Virus record (IMG/VR): IMGVR_UViG_3300025401_000012
Reading direction: 5' to 3' (one strand)
From: a virus
Taxonomy: Duplodnaviria; Caudoviricetes
DNA: 64,000 nt
Part shown: one piece after another, positions 1 through 9,216 of the stretch
How positions within the stretch are numbered: the first letter of the stretch is position 1
How the letters are laid out: each line of letters begins with the position of its first letter
Notes under the pieces: generated by a model
Seen by the model: the letters and a program-made list of their open reading frames with translations, nothing else
What the model was told of the DNA's origin: nothing
Database searches by the model: none
Position numbers and translations under genes: made by a program

Positions 1-1182
1 CTTAGCAGCCACTTGTGCAGCCGCTTCTTCAGCACTCTTTGCAATAGGAACGCCAGCTTTTTGTAAACCAGCGGCAATCTTTGGTGCTTCGGCAGCTGCT
101 GCTGGCGCTGTTTTTGCTATATCTGCAACTCCGGTAGATGCAGCTTTCATCTCAGGTGCTGCATACTTTACATTACTCACATTACCTTGCATTTGTCCGC
201 CACTAAAATTAGGAGCGGCTTTTGGAACTTCTGCTTTCGGAACTTCTGCAGCAGGTAATTCTGGTGCTTTATATGAAGCACGGCCAGCTTCAACATTTGC
301 GCCAGCTGAACCTCTAGCGGTCAACGGCTTATCCAATGGATCAGCAACATTATATTTTGTTCGCATAAATCCAGGAAGATTTGGATTATCTGCGAGTTCA
401 TCTAACTGATAGCCAAAACTTTCAACAAGGCTTTGTGCAATACCTGAATTAAATTCTGTACCTTCTCTGTATAGTTGATGATACAAATCAGTTCCTCCAC
501 CGGCTAAACCAGTAACAGCAGCACCCGGTAACCCTCCTACTACAGCACCAGGGATTGCGCTAGCACCTGTTGCCAGTGCAAGTTCTTTCCAATTAAGTGA
601 TTTATTTTTAGGTTTAGGAGTTGGTCCAGGAGTTGGTCCAGGAGTTGGTCCAGGAGTTGGCATTGGCGCAATATCGCCTTTTATTGTTGCTTCTAGTTGT
701 GCAATTAGTTCTTCTAATTTTTTAGCATCATCATTTGCAACAGGAGTTGGTCCAGGCGCTGGGGCCGGAGCAGGAGTTGGTTTGTCTATATCTACCAATG
801 CTTTAGGATCGACATAGGCATACCCTCCTTTGTCAATAATTTGTAAACCGGCTGCACGAATACGTGCTGCATCCTTTTGACTTTCTCCAGGACCGCCTGA
901 TTGCATCCACTTAAATGGATATCCTTTAGGTTGGGGAGTACCGATCTCACCGCCATCGTCTCCGTAAAAAATTTGTCCAGTTTTTGGATTAATAGCTATT
1001 CCAAAACGCGGAATTTGATTCATTGGTGTATTTGCTATTTTTTTAACATCGGCAATCGCAGCTGATTTAGCATCATCTGATTTAAATTTATCGTATGCAG
1101 CACGTTGCAGATCTGTATCAGAAGGAGGTTTGCTTTCTTCTGCAATGTGATCCAACCTTGTCATTAAATCTCTTAAGTTCAT
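1..1182 (-). CDS. Partial (runs off left edge) Pro/Ala-rich late protein, probable virion/head-internal protein
   Basis: Not in the ORF track; translated by hand from ATG at 1182 (MNLRDLMTRLDHIAEESKPP...) and open to position 1. TAAATA motif about 20 nt upstream; PTPG and APE/APK repeats. Confidence 0.7.
   Translation of the reverse strand, partial: MNLRDLMTRLDHIAEESKPPSDTDLQRAAYDKFKSDDAKSAAIADVKKIANTPMNQIPRFGIAINPKTGQIFYGDDGGEIGTPQPKGYPFKWMQSGGPGESQKDAARIRAAGLQIIDKGGYAYVDPKALVDIDKPTPAPAPAPGPTPVANDDAKKLEELIAQLEATIKGDIAPMPTPGPTPGPTPGPTPKPKNKSLNWKELALATGASAIPGAVVGGLPGAAVTGLAGGGTDLYHQLYREGTEFNSGIAQSLVESFGYQLDELADNPNLPGFMRTKYNVADPLDKPLTARGSAGANVEAGRASYKAPELPAAEVPKAEVPKAAPNFSGGQMQGNVSNVKYAAPEMKAASTGVADIAKTAPAAAAEAPKIAAGLQKAGVPIAKSAEEAAAQVAAK
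617..660. repeat. 12-bp coding tandem repeat (ggagttggtcca x3.7) encoding PTPG repeats
   Basis: Directly visible; a related copy lies near 743-780. Confidence 0.9.
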
Positions 1183-1202
1183 TATTTTTCCCCGACTTGA
1201 TA

Positions 1203-1208
1203 TATTTA
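1203..1208 (-). promoter_or_regulatory. T4-like late promoter core (TAAATA)
   Basis: AATAAATA overlaps the stop of 1206..2057, 20 nt upstream of the next ATG; the motif recurs upstream of many structural genes. Confidence 0.6.
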
Positions 1209-2057
1209 TTTTACTGAGCATTTAGGCACTAGTTTACCGTTTTTAGTTTGCATGCCTGTTTGAACTTGTCCTGCACGACACACACTAGTTTTCTTTTTTG
1301 GCTTAATTGTTTTAGGTGCTGGTAACACATCTTCACCGATATTTTTATCTATTCCTCGACTAGCAACTCCGCCTTGCTTACGTTTTTTAGCAAGTTCGCT
1401 AATACCGTGGCGAATTTGTTCCAAATTTTGTTCTAGCCCCATGAACATACCACCCTTGGCTTTTGCACAAATTTGTTCCCAAGCAAGTAAATCGTTTGAC
1501 TCTGCTAATTCAGCAAGCTCTTTTAGTTGAGCACGAGTGCGCATGATACGATCTTTAAGTGTTGCTGGATTAGCTTTTTCGTGACTATGAATTAATGGAT
1601 TATTTGGATCTTCAGAATCCATAGCAATTGGAGCTTCGTCTACTACATAATTACCCATACCAGGACCAACAGTAGGTGCCTTAATTGCACCGTGTGTGCT
1701 CATTGGTATATCAAAATTTTCTTTCATTAATACACGTTTAGCAATAACACCAGCGTACTGATTAATCAATTGCTGTTTTCGTGTGCTTTCTTCTACTTGT
1801 TCTTGTTCAACTTCGTGAAAAAATTTATTAAGTAAACTTGGTTTACGTTCCGTAACGGGAGCAGATTCTTGCTTTTGATAATGTTGCATTGCCATTTGTA
1901 CAGGTAATGCAACTTTATGTGGATCTTTACCTTCGTGCAAATTTTGCACAGTGGCATTTTTATCTACAATAGATAAAAACTTAGCCATGTCATTAGCACC
2001 AGCTACAGGCTTTGTAGCAACACTATCCATAGCCTGTAGTATGCGCTTCATGTCCAT
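1206..2057 (-). CDS. Hypothetical late protein with C-terminal two-Cys module (CRAGQVQTG...KLVPKC)
   Basis: 283-aa ORF packed between neighbours; the C-terminal module resembles the CWxGY...VPNC module of large myophage proteins. Confidence 0.75.
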   Translation of the reverse strand: MDMKRILQAMDSVATKPVAGANDMAKFLSIVDKNATVQNLHEGKDPHKVALPVQMAMQHYQKQESAPVTERKPSLLNKFFHEVEQEQVEESTRKQQLINQYAGVIAKRVLMKENFDIPMSTHGAIKAPTVGPGMGNYVVDEAPIAMDSEDPNNPLIHSHEKANPATLKDRIMRTRAQLKELAELAESNDLLAWEQICAKAKGGMFMGLEQNLEQIRHGISELAKKRKQGGVASRGIDKNIGEDVLPAPKTIKPKKKTSVCRAGQVQTGMQTKNGKLVPKCSVK

Positions 2058-2061
2058 CGGA

Positions 2062-3765
2062 TTATCCCAATAGACGCTTTGTCAATGCACGGATTTGATC
2101 AACTTCACGATTTTCAACTAACGCTGGTTTTTCAGCACGATTTAAACGAGCTAGTTGTTCTTGCATACGTGTAAAATCTGTAGATTCTTTTACGGTTTCT
2201 TTTGCTTTTTTACCAGAACGTAATGCAGCTAAGTCTGATTTCTCAATCTTGCCATCATGATCAGCATCGATCTTTTCTTGATTGCCTGGCAAATCTTTAA
2301 CAGCTTTTTTCTCTGCCATATAAGCAGTAGTTTCTTTGATGTTCTTCCACATAGCGGCTGCAGCAATTTTCTTACCTTTCTCACCGCCACCAGCTTTCTT
2401 AGCAACATCTTTAAAACTCTTGCCTGGCTTACCGATATCTTTGCCTGCTTTAGCTTTTTTAACTGTAGCAGACTTTTCAGCCTTGCTTAGACCTGCACTT
2501 GGTTTAGCTTCGGAAACTTTCTTTGCTCTACCTGTAGGAGTAGTAGTCGTTGCATATTGATGTATTTGATCAATCTTTTTATGATTGCCTTTTTCAAGAG
2601 CGTCCTCTGCTCCTTGTTTTAAGTTTGCACCAGGGCTTTTGCTTTTGCCAATCTGAGCTACTTTTATAGCAGAGTCTTGACTTCTTTGACCACGAGGTGC
2701 GGCTTCTTTAACAGCCTTGCCACCCTTTTCGTCTTTACCAAGACGTCCGGCGATAACATCACCGCGTGTAATTTTGTCATATGGTTTAGCATTGTTGGCT
2801 AGGTTACCGTCGCCTTTCTTAGACGTTTTAGATTTAGCTTCCATTACAACACCTGGACACTCGTAAATGCCACCACCGTTTAGGTGCGGATGTTGATGGT
2901 AGCATTCTCCCATTGCACCATGTGTAATAGTACCGCCACATGATTCACATGCTTCTTTGTGATGCATTGCTAATTCTAAATTGCCTGATTTGTGATGTTT
3001 TGCATATTCGCAAGCATGGTGATGTGCCATGTTACCAGGAGCCATTTTGGCTTCATTGGTTGTTGTTTTACCATCTTTGTGAATAGTTTGTTTACCAGGA
3101 TTTGACTTGCCCCATGCTTTAGATTCTTTTTCTGCAGCTTTATCCATTGCACGATCACCTGCTTTATCAGCACTACTACGTGCTTTGGCATGTGATTTTG
3201 TACGATCATTATCACTGTGTGGCTCATCTGTGAAACGATCTGGATTATGTTTGTGAGTAATTGTACTACCTTTTTTAGTAGTCGTGCCACCTGTGCTACT
3301 ACGCTTTTCATAGTCGCCGTTATCATCTGATTTTTTGTTCTTCCAATCAAATGCGTTTTCTGCCATTTTAGCAGCATCTGCTTTTTTAAGAGCTTTAAGT
3401 TTTTCTTTAGCCTCGTTTAAACGGAATTTAAGAACACGTTTTTGACTTTCACTAATTGGTGCATGATCAACAGCTTCGCCGTACTCACCAATTTTCTTTT
3501 CATAAGCTAGATAATGGTAAACACTAGCAATATTAGTAGCAGCAATAGTAATTTTGCTTTGTACCCATGCTTCTAATTGTTCGTCATCATCGATATGTTC
3601 TTGTAAATTGGTAGCATAGTTAGCTAACTTAATTAGCTCTTGCTTGGCCATTGCGCCTTCTTGGTCGCCGTTACCTTCAGCTGGCCCTTCTAGGCTAGGG
3701 TCTGCACCCATATCTGGCATGTCTTGATCCATTTCTGGTGCTTCTTGATCTAATTCTGGTGGCAT
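2062..3765 (-). CDS. Modular Lys/Ala-rich late protein (probable head-internal protein)
   Basis: 567-aa ORF with GGAG RBS and upstream CTAAATA; modules separated by xxE-(A/S) sites; EF-hand-like DADHDGKIEKSD; His/Cys-rich segment. Confidence 0.75.
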   Translation of the reverse strand: MPPELDQEAPEMDQDMPDMGADPSLEGPAEGNGDQEGAMAKQELIKLANYATNLQEHIDDDEQLEAWVQSKITIAATNIASVYHYLAYEKKIGEYGEAVDHAPISESQKRVLKFRLNEAKEKLKALKKADAAKMAENAFDWKNKKSDDNGDYEKRSSTGGTTTKKGSTITHKHNPDRFTDEPHSDNDRTKSHAKARSSADKAGDRAMDKAAEKESKAWGKSNPGKQTIHKDGKTTTNEAKMAPGNMAHHHACEYAKHHKSGNLELAMHHKEACESCGGTITHGAMGECYHQHPHLNGGGIYECPGVVMEAKSKTSKKGDGNLANNAKPYDKITRGDVIAGRLGKDEKGGKAVKEAAPRGQRSQDSAIKVAQIGKSKSPGANLKQGAEDALEKGNHKKIDQIHQYATTTTPTGRAKKVSEAKPSAGLSKAEKSATVKKAKAGKDIGKPGKSFKDVAKKAGGGEKGKKIAAAAMWKNIKETTAYMAEKKAVKDLPGNQEKIDADHDGKIEKSDLAALRSGKKAKETVKESTDFTRMQEQLARLNRAEKPALVENREVDQIRALTKRLLG

Positions 3766-3789
3766 GAGTATACTCCGTTTATCTTTATA

Positions 3790-3795
3790 TATTTA
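3790..3795 (-). promoter_or_regulatory. T4-like late promoter core (TAAATA)
   Basis: CTAAATA overlaps the stop of 3793..4428, 24 nt upstream of ATG 3765. Confidence 0.6.
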
Positions 3796-4428
3796 GCCTC
3801 TTTTAACGGCGGGCCCACCAAATAAGCTGGTACCTTTAATATCTAAACCGTTTTTGGCTGTTCCATCTGAGTTTTTAGGTTGGTTAACTTTGGGTTGCGG
3901 CGGTGCTTTAGTACCTGACCCAGTTGCTACACTACCTGTATAACTTTTTTTACCACGTGCCTTACCAGGACTAATGTGTGGATTTACTACTGTTCCAATA
4001 TTAGCAGCACTAGTAGCACCTACTGTAGCCGATTCTGTTACACCATGTTTTTTAGCGGCAGCAATACGTGCATGAAGATGATGCAATCCATGTTCCATAC
4101 TTCGCGCTTCGCGTTCAGCACTAGTAAGATTTTGTTCGCGGTCTGCGTATTGCCAACCATTGCCGCCTAATGATTTATATTTTGCTAGCATTCTAGCATA
4201 TTCGGCTTCTAGTTCTGGAAGATTAGCATGATCTTTTGCTGTAGCATCTTGGGCACGTTGATGTGTAGCCTGACGGTCTGCATCACGTTTTTCTTGATCT
4301 TGACGACGTAATTCATCATGTTCCGGATCGCCGTGTACACGTAAGTTTTTAAATTTAGGATTATTCTTTTGTAAATCTTTAAAAAATGACATCATATCAT
4401 TTTCGTTCATTAGCTCTCGCATTTTCAT
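3793..4428 (-). CDS. Hypothetical late protein
   Basis: 211-aa ORF; N-terminus MKMRELMNE; 4-nt overlap with the upstream gene. Confidence 0.75.
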   Translation of the reverse strand: MKMRELMNENDMMSFFKDLQKNNPKFKNLRVHGDPEHDELRRQDQEKRDADRQATHQRAQDATAKDHANLPELEAEYARMLAKYKSLGGNGWQYADREQNLTSAEREARSMEHGLHHLHARIAAAKKHGVTESATVGATSAANIGTVVNPHISPGKARGKKSYTGSVATGSGTKAPPQPKVNQPKNSDGTAKNGLDIKGTSLFGGPAVKRG

Positions 4429-4655
4429 TTCTTAATTCCTCTGTATCCAGTGCCGACAGCACGTTCGCCATTCATAAACTTAGGTAAACTAAACCACAAC
4501 TTGAACCATTCTTCAGTTCCCGGTTGTATATTTTGTTCACGCATGATTTTTGCTTTTTCTGTACCAGTTATACTGATATTACTTCCGCCGTAAGGTTGCA
4601 GGCCTTTAAATTCATTAACGCCAGCTAACTTCTTAAGACGTGCTAATTCATCCAT
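4425..4655 (-). CDS. Small hypothetical phage protein
   Basis: 76-aa ORF coupled at both ends (TAATG and ATGA overlaps); LARLKKLAG and PGTEEWFKLWF motifs. Confidence 0.7.
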   Translation of the reverse strand: MDELARLKKLAGVNEFKGLQPYGGSNISITGTEKAKIMREQNIQPGTEEWFKLWFSLPKFMNGERAVGTGYRGIKK

Positions 4656-5029
4656 TATACACCGTACTTGTTCTTTTTAGTTTTAGCCACAGGACTTGCG
4701 GTATGGGTGTCATCGGGTTCACGGCTAGGTGTACGCGGGCGTACTTGATGATATTCTGTAGGAATAGCACTATGCACTTGTTGAATCATTTCGTGCTCTT
4801 TATCTGTATATGGATGTAAAGTCCACATAGTCCCCATCCAGCTTTCGTGATCGAGGTCTAATTTTTCTTTACTACCATCAGCCATAGCTAGTGCCATGCC
4901 AGTTCTTAATTGATGATAGCTAGGAAACCAACCTCCGGGATCACGTTGACGACTAAACCCCTGATGAACAGCATCGTGATGTTCGTGTGGTTTGCCAGAT
5001 CGCTCAACAATAAATTCTTTAGCTCTCAT
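4655..5029 (-). CDS. Hypothetical late protein, paralog of the C-terminal domain of the adjacent gene
   Basis: 124 aa, MRAKEFIVE...SPVAKTKKNKYGV; TAATG overlaps. Confidence 0.75.
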   Translation of the reverse strand: MRAKEFIVERSGKPHEHHDAVHQGFSRQRDPGGWFPSYHQLRTGMALAMADGSKEKLDLDHESWMGTMWTLHPYTDKEHEMIQQVHSAIPTEYHQVRPRTPSREPDDTHTASPVAKTKKNKYGV

Positions 5030-6303
5030 TATATTCCGTATTTGTTCTTTTTAGGTTTAGCTACAGGGCTAGTAACATTACCGCCGTCTGCTTCATTACT
5101 AACGCTATCGCTTATATGTGTAATAGCTCCTGCCCCCATTGTTTTAGCAGCGTCTTTTACCTTTTGCATTTCTGCATCAGTGTATGCTGTAATTAATGGA
5201 TCACCGCTCATAGCACCTGCGCGAGGCATGTCTGGATTAGCCATAGCAAGACCAAATCTATATTGCATGTATGGACTACCGTTGGCTTTGTTCATGCTGA
5301 TGTTAGGAATACTCATGGCATTTTTTAATGCTTGAATATGTACATGGTGTAATTCTTCCGAACCTCTGCCAGCATATGGTACATCGCCTTCTGCTAGTTT
5401 TTTACGCATAAATTCTTGTGCTCTCATTTCTCGTATTACCTTATTAGCATATTTAACTGAATTTTCAGAAGTCTTAGTATATACTTGTTTAACTTGTTTA
5501 GAGCCTTCACCTCTTTCAATTTTTTCAGGATCTTTAGCTTTTTCTTTTTCAAAATACTTACGCATTTCTTCAGTACTTGCTGAAGATTTTTTAACAACAG
5601 GTTTATTAGATTTTGCTAAAAATCCCATCAGGCTTTCATCAGCTACTTTTTCTTTTTTAGGCTTTTTACCAAAAGTAGGATCAGCCATGCGCACTCCTGC
5701 TTTGTGCATTAAGTCTCTAACCTCATTATCATCGAGTTCAGGACTCATAGCATCACGCCACGCACTGAATTTTTCATCATCTGTTGCGTTAGGATTTTTA
5801 AGAATATCACGCATTGGTGTAGCACGTGGGCCTTCTTCTTCTCTACTAGGATCGTTAGTTTCCTGACGACTAATAACGTTTAAATTATCAAAATTAAATG
5901 GAATATTTCCTTGTTTATCGGGCACACCATTATATTGTTTAACATAACTTAAACTATTAACTTGATCGGCACCGACAACAACAGTACAATCACTATAGCC
6001 CATTTCATTTAACTTACGCAGTACACGAGTTAAATCAGGCATTTCTTCTGTTGCTGTATGAAATATGTGTCCGTGTTTAGGAAACACTTTTTTGTATATA
6101 TGCAACTTTTCTTCTGGAGTTATTGGATCATCTTTTCCTACGGTACGACTAACAACAAAATAAGGATCTGCGCCCGATTCATTAGCTTGCGTAATAACAC
6201 TGCTAGCTAGGTACATATGGCCTTTATGACCCATACCGCGCCCCCATCCTACTACGCAGGATTTGCCTTCTCCGGTGCGATTAAGAAATTCACGTAACAG
6301 CAT
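5029..6303 (-). CDS. Cytidyltransferase-like (HxGH nucleotidyltransferase) domain fused to low-complexity and paralogous C-terminal modules
   Basis: GWGRGMGHKGH (HxGH), VVVGADQ and RQE...RATPMR segments. Start moved from track 6432 to ATG 6303 (MLLREF), giving a 14-nt overlap with the upstream gene. Confidence 0.7.
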   Translation of the reverse strand: MLLREFLNRTGEGKSCVVGWGRGMGHKGHMYLASSVITQANESGADPYFVVSRTVGKDDPITPEEKLHIYKKVFPKHGHIFHTATEEMPDLTRVLRKLNEMGYSDCTVVVGADQVNSLSYVKQYNGVPDKQGNIPFNFDNLNVISRQETNDPSREEEGPRATPMRDILKNPNATDDEKFSAWRDAMSPELDDNEVRDLMHKAGVRMADPTFGKKPKKEKVADESLMGFLAKSNKPVVKKSSASTEEMRKYFEKEKAKDPEKIERGEGSKQVKQVYTKTSENSVKYANKVIREMRAQEFMRKKLAEGDVPYAGRGSEELHHVHIQALKNAMSIPNISMNKANGSPYMQYRFGLAMANPDMPRAGAMSGDPLITAYTDAEMQKVKDAAKTMGAGAITHISDSVSNEADGGNVTSPVAKPKKNKYGI

Positions 6304-8155
6304 TGTCTTTCCTTGGCGCCCAATTAGCTTGATCGATTGTTTTGACAAACTGTCCTGGCAAATCGTGTTTAAATTTACCTCCAGGATGTGCTTGTACATA
6401 TCCCTCTGGTTTAGTTTGTCGTATCCCACCATGTGTTCCGGAACTTAATGAATTAATAACTTTCATTTTTTCGTGTGTTAGTAATTCTACAGCACTTAAT
6501 ACTGCATCTAATCCTGGATGTGTTAATACTTTTTCAGCTTGGCTGTTGCTTAACTTAGTTTGCGCCCATTGAGCAAATTGTTGTTTAACTCCAGCAACAC
6601 GTAAATTTTGATTATAGAATGAATACAACACATCACCTGGTTTACTTAAACCTGGCTGCCCAGCAATAAAACTATCAATTAACGATTTATTTTTCTTAAT
6701 ATAATCTTCTGCATGTTTTAATCCAGTATCATCTACTTTAGGTGGATGTTCGACATACGTTGTACCTTGCACAATAACATCTGGTGTTGATAGTTTTTCT
6801 GCATCAGGATACCGTGTTTCATCTGACCCGATATGTGTGTAATAACCGGTTGCAGCTACCATAACTTTAGCGTTGGCAATACGTTTGCCTAATGCACTGC
6901 CTACTGGAATATGAAAACTAGTAATGTTAGGTCTAAAATCATATTCGTTAGTCGATTGATTTAGTTGTGCTGGTTGTAACGGACTAAACAATATTCCGCC
7001 TTCGATGTATCCTTTTTTAGGACTGATCTTTTCAAAGTACGGCCATAGATCTGCAAGGCCTTGCGCAAATGCACGACGTTGTTCTTCTTGTCCAGGTTGT
7101 GTGTTACCTGTACCTAGTACAAACATGGCAACGTCATCTGGATCATTCATCATAGTAGTTACACCACTCTTGGTATGGGTAGTACCACGCTTCATATAAT
7201 CCCAAGCGTTCTTGGGGAACATATGGAACTTGCCGTCTTCATCCCTGCCCCAATAAATGACAGGACTACCATCCCACTTTAATTCTATTGTGCCACCTTT
7301 GCTAGTCATATGACGCAGACGTTCAACCGCATGTAATCCACCAGTACTACCATTTGTAAATACTAGATCTTCAATGTGCTGATACTTCCGACCTACAGCA
7401 GGAGCTGCTGCTTCATTAATTTGTTTAGGACTAACAGCTTGCCAACTTGCTCCACTGCTTGCAGATTGAAATATTTCATTTCTGCGAGTTTCATCGGGGA
7501 TTGCGTTCATAATACTTTCAACACTACCCAAATCTTTAGCATTTGCATGTGGCCCAATTAAACGTTTAGCAATTTCATCTAAATCGTCACTAATAAATTC
7601 TGATTTCTTCCCCATAGCATCTCGGGCATAAAGTCCTTCGTCCGGAGACCATAACATACCTTGACTACTTGCTAGTGCGTTCATCATCATTTGTTTGTGA
7701 ACGCCTTTATAAGGACTGCCTTGTGGAATGGAATGATGGTGAAATTTATGAACCCTTTCGGCATTACCAACAGCTTTAATATCGACTTGATAGAATTTAC
7801 CTTTATATGGTAAAAGAATATGTACAGTTACTCCGGTTTTTTTAGTTTGTAAACCTTTGCCTTGCAAATAGTGTTCTAATTCAGCTCTAGTAGTTTTACC
7901 ATCTTTAGTGCCAAACTGTTTCATCAGTTGACCTAAGTCAACCATAACATCTAAATCGCCGCTCATTTTACCAGGAGTCGGTGTCGCTGCGCTTCCAATT
8001 AAGTGTACGCTACTTTGTATTCCGTGCAAATATTTGTTTGTTTCTTGGGCAAGATGCGCAGCAATTGCTTGATCGAATTCTTCGGATTCCGGCCAAATAT
8101 TTCCACCTTCTAGAATAGGTTTCCTAACATCGAGGAACAATTCACGTAATAACAT
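6290..8155 (-). CDS. Two-domain protein: Pol-beta-fold nucleotidyltransferase plus ligase-like (KxDG) domain (DUF6267-like)
   Basis: N-terminal half LIGSAA...SGDLDVMVD...QVD (GS..DxD..D); C-terminal half ELKWDGSP (KxDG), IEGG and PEGYV. Confidence 0.65.
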   Translation of the reverse strand: MLLRELFLDVRKPILEGGNIWPESEEFDQAIAAHLAQETNKYLHGIQSSVHLIGSAATPTPGKMSGDLDVMVDLGQLMKQFGTKDGKTTRAELEHYLQGKGLQTKKTGVTVHILLPYKGKFYQVDIKAVGNAERVHKFHHHSIPQGSPYKGVHKQMMMNALASSQGMLWSPDEGLYARDAMGKKSEFISDDLDEIAKRLIGPHANAKDLGSVESIMNAIPDETRRNEIFQSASSGASWQAVSPKQINEAAAPAVGRKYQHIEDLVFTNGSTGGLHAVERLRHMTSKGGTIELKWDGSPVIYWGRDEDGKFHMFPKNAWDYMKRGTTHTKSGVTTMMNDPDDVAMFVLGTGNTQPGQEEQRRAFAQGLADLWPYFEKISPKKGYIEGGILFSPLQPAQLNQSTNEYDFRPNITSFHIPVGSALGKRIANAKVMVAATGYYTHIGSDETRYPDAEKLSTPDVIVQGTTYVEHPPKVDDTGLKHAEDYIKKNKSLIDSFIAGQPGLSKPGDVLYSFYNQNLRVAGVKQQFAQWAQTKLSNSQAEKVLTHPGLDAVLSAVELLTHEKMKVINSLSSGTHGGIRQTKPEGYVQAHPGGKFKHDLPGQFVKTIDQANWAPRKDNAVT

Positions 8156-8157
8156 TA

Positions 8158-8529
8158 TTAATCCTTGTACTTGCCAGTTTGTATGTGTTCACGTGTTTCT
8201 TCGTGTAGTTTTTTACATGCATCTTCACATGTTTTATCTTCTAAAATATCGGGCAATTCACGGATAGGAAATTTTTTCTTATATAATTTATAACATTCGT
8301 GCATTGTTTCTGCAAACATTTTAGCATCTGTAGGTTTTTTATCTTTAATACGATCTATGCACTTCATTAAAACAGGAAACACATAACGACGATAAACATG
8401 GTCATCATTGTGCATAAAATGCAATAGATCTTCTACTAGATCGTAGTCGATTTCACGCTTGTCACCTTGTTTTTTAACAAAATCTAACTCTTTAAAGTGA
8501 GCGTTTTCTAATAACTCTTGTATACGCAT
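8158..8529 (-). CDS. Hypothetical late protein
   Basis: 123-aa ORF, MRIQELLE N-terminus, first gene after GATAAATA at 8576-8583. Confidence 0.75.
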   Translation of the reverse strand: MRIQELLENAHFKELDFVKKQGDKREIDYDLVEDLLHFMHNDDHVYRRYVFPVLMKCIDRIKDKKPTDAKMFAETMHECYKLYKKKFPIRELPDILEDKTCEDACKKLHEETREHIQTGKYKD

Positions 8530-8575
8530 ATTGGCCTCAGTTTTACATACCCAATAGAATGCTATGGATTTAGAG

Positions 8576-8583
8576 TATTTATC
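8576..8583 (-). promoter_or_regulatory. T4-like late promoter (GATAAATA)
   Basis: Intergenic, 46 nt upstream of ATG 8529. Confidence 0.6.
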
Positions 8584-8601
8584 GCTTTTAGGATCAACGG
8601 G

Positions 8602-9216
8602 CTAGGCTTTAAGTATGCGTTCAATCTTGCTTATACTACTACCCAAGTGCATTTTTGCCAATAATAAGTTGTTATCGCCTGTAATATAAAAGTGTGTACC
8701 ACCCCAACTGCGCGGCTTTTGTAAATCTCTGATACAACTTTTAGTTAGCTTGCATTTTGTACTTTTATCAGCCCATTCGATAAATGCAGGGTTAGGTTGT
8801 GTAGTCTTACCCAATGTAACTCTAAAATCATAATTTATTTTAGGCATTATGATTGTATCGGATGTTAAATTATTACCTGCTGGTTCGCAAATATACTTTA
8901 CCCTGCTGGCATCTAATTTAGCTAGTTTTTCTACGTCTTTTTTATTGTTAGAATACACACTTATCCACGGACTTTCTACTCGCAAATCTATATCTGCCAT
9001 TTTAGATAATTCGCTAGCTAATGAAATAGCATATATTTTATCGGCTAACGTCTTAATAGAGCTAGATCGGTGAGGGATTGTGTTAGATGAATTTAATTCA
9101 TCTATAATAGCACTAAATTCTTTATTTCGAAAGAACCCTGAACCACTGCATACCAGTACAATTTTGTACTGGTATACTCCTCTAAACAATTTTGTAGTAA
9201 GTTTTTTACGTAACAT
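8602..9216 (-). CDS. Hypothetical protein
   Basis: 204-aa ORF overlapping the clpA stop by 11 nt. Confidence 0.75.
   Translation of the reverse strand: MLRKKLTTKLFRGVYQYKIVLVCSGSGFFRNKEFSAIIDELNSSNTIPHRSSSIKTLADKIYAISLASELSKMADIDLRVESPWISVYSNNKKDVEKLAKLDASRVKYICEPAGNNLTSDTIIMPKINYDFRVTLGKTTQPNPAFIEWADKSTKCKLTKSCIRDLQKPRSWGGTHFYITGDNNLLLAKMHLGSSISKIERILKA

Noticed and set aside
3766-3775. 10-bp palindromes with a GTATAC core near late promoters (GAGTATACTC at 3766-3775, TAGTATACTA at 62395-62404)
   Set aside because: Only two cases, at different positions relative to the promoter, and expected by chance in AT-rich DNA.
6304-6432. Longer ORF-track starts for 5029.. (6432), 12899.. (13117), 38720.. 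(39070), 40225.. (41328), 45899.. (46636) and 46609.. (48009)
   Set aside because: These extensions overlap upstream genes or promoters. The downstream ATGs have an RBS or stop-start coupling and match family N-termini.
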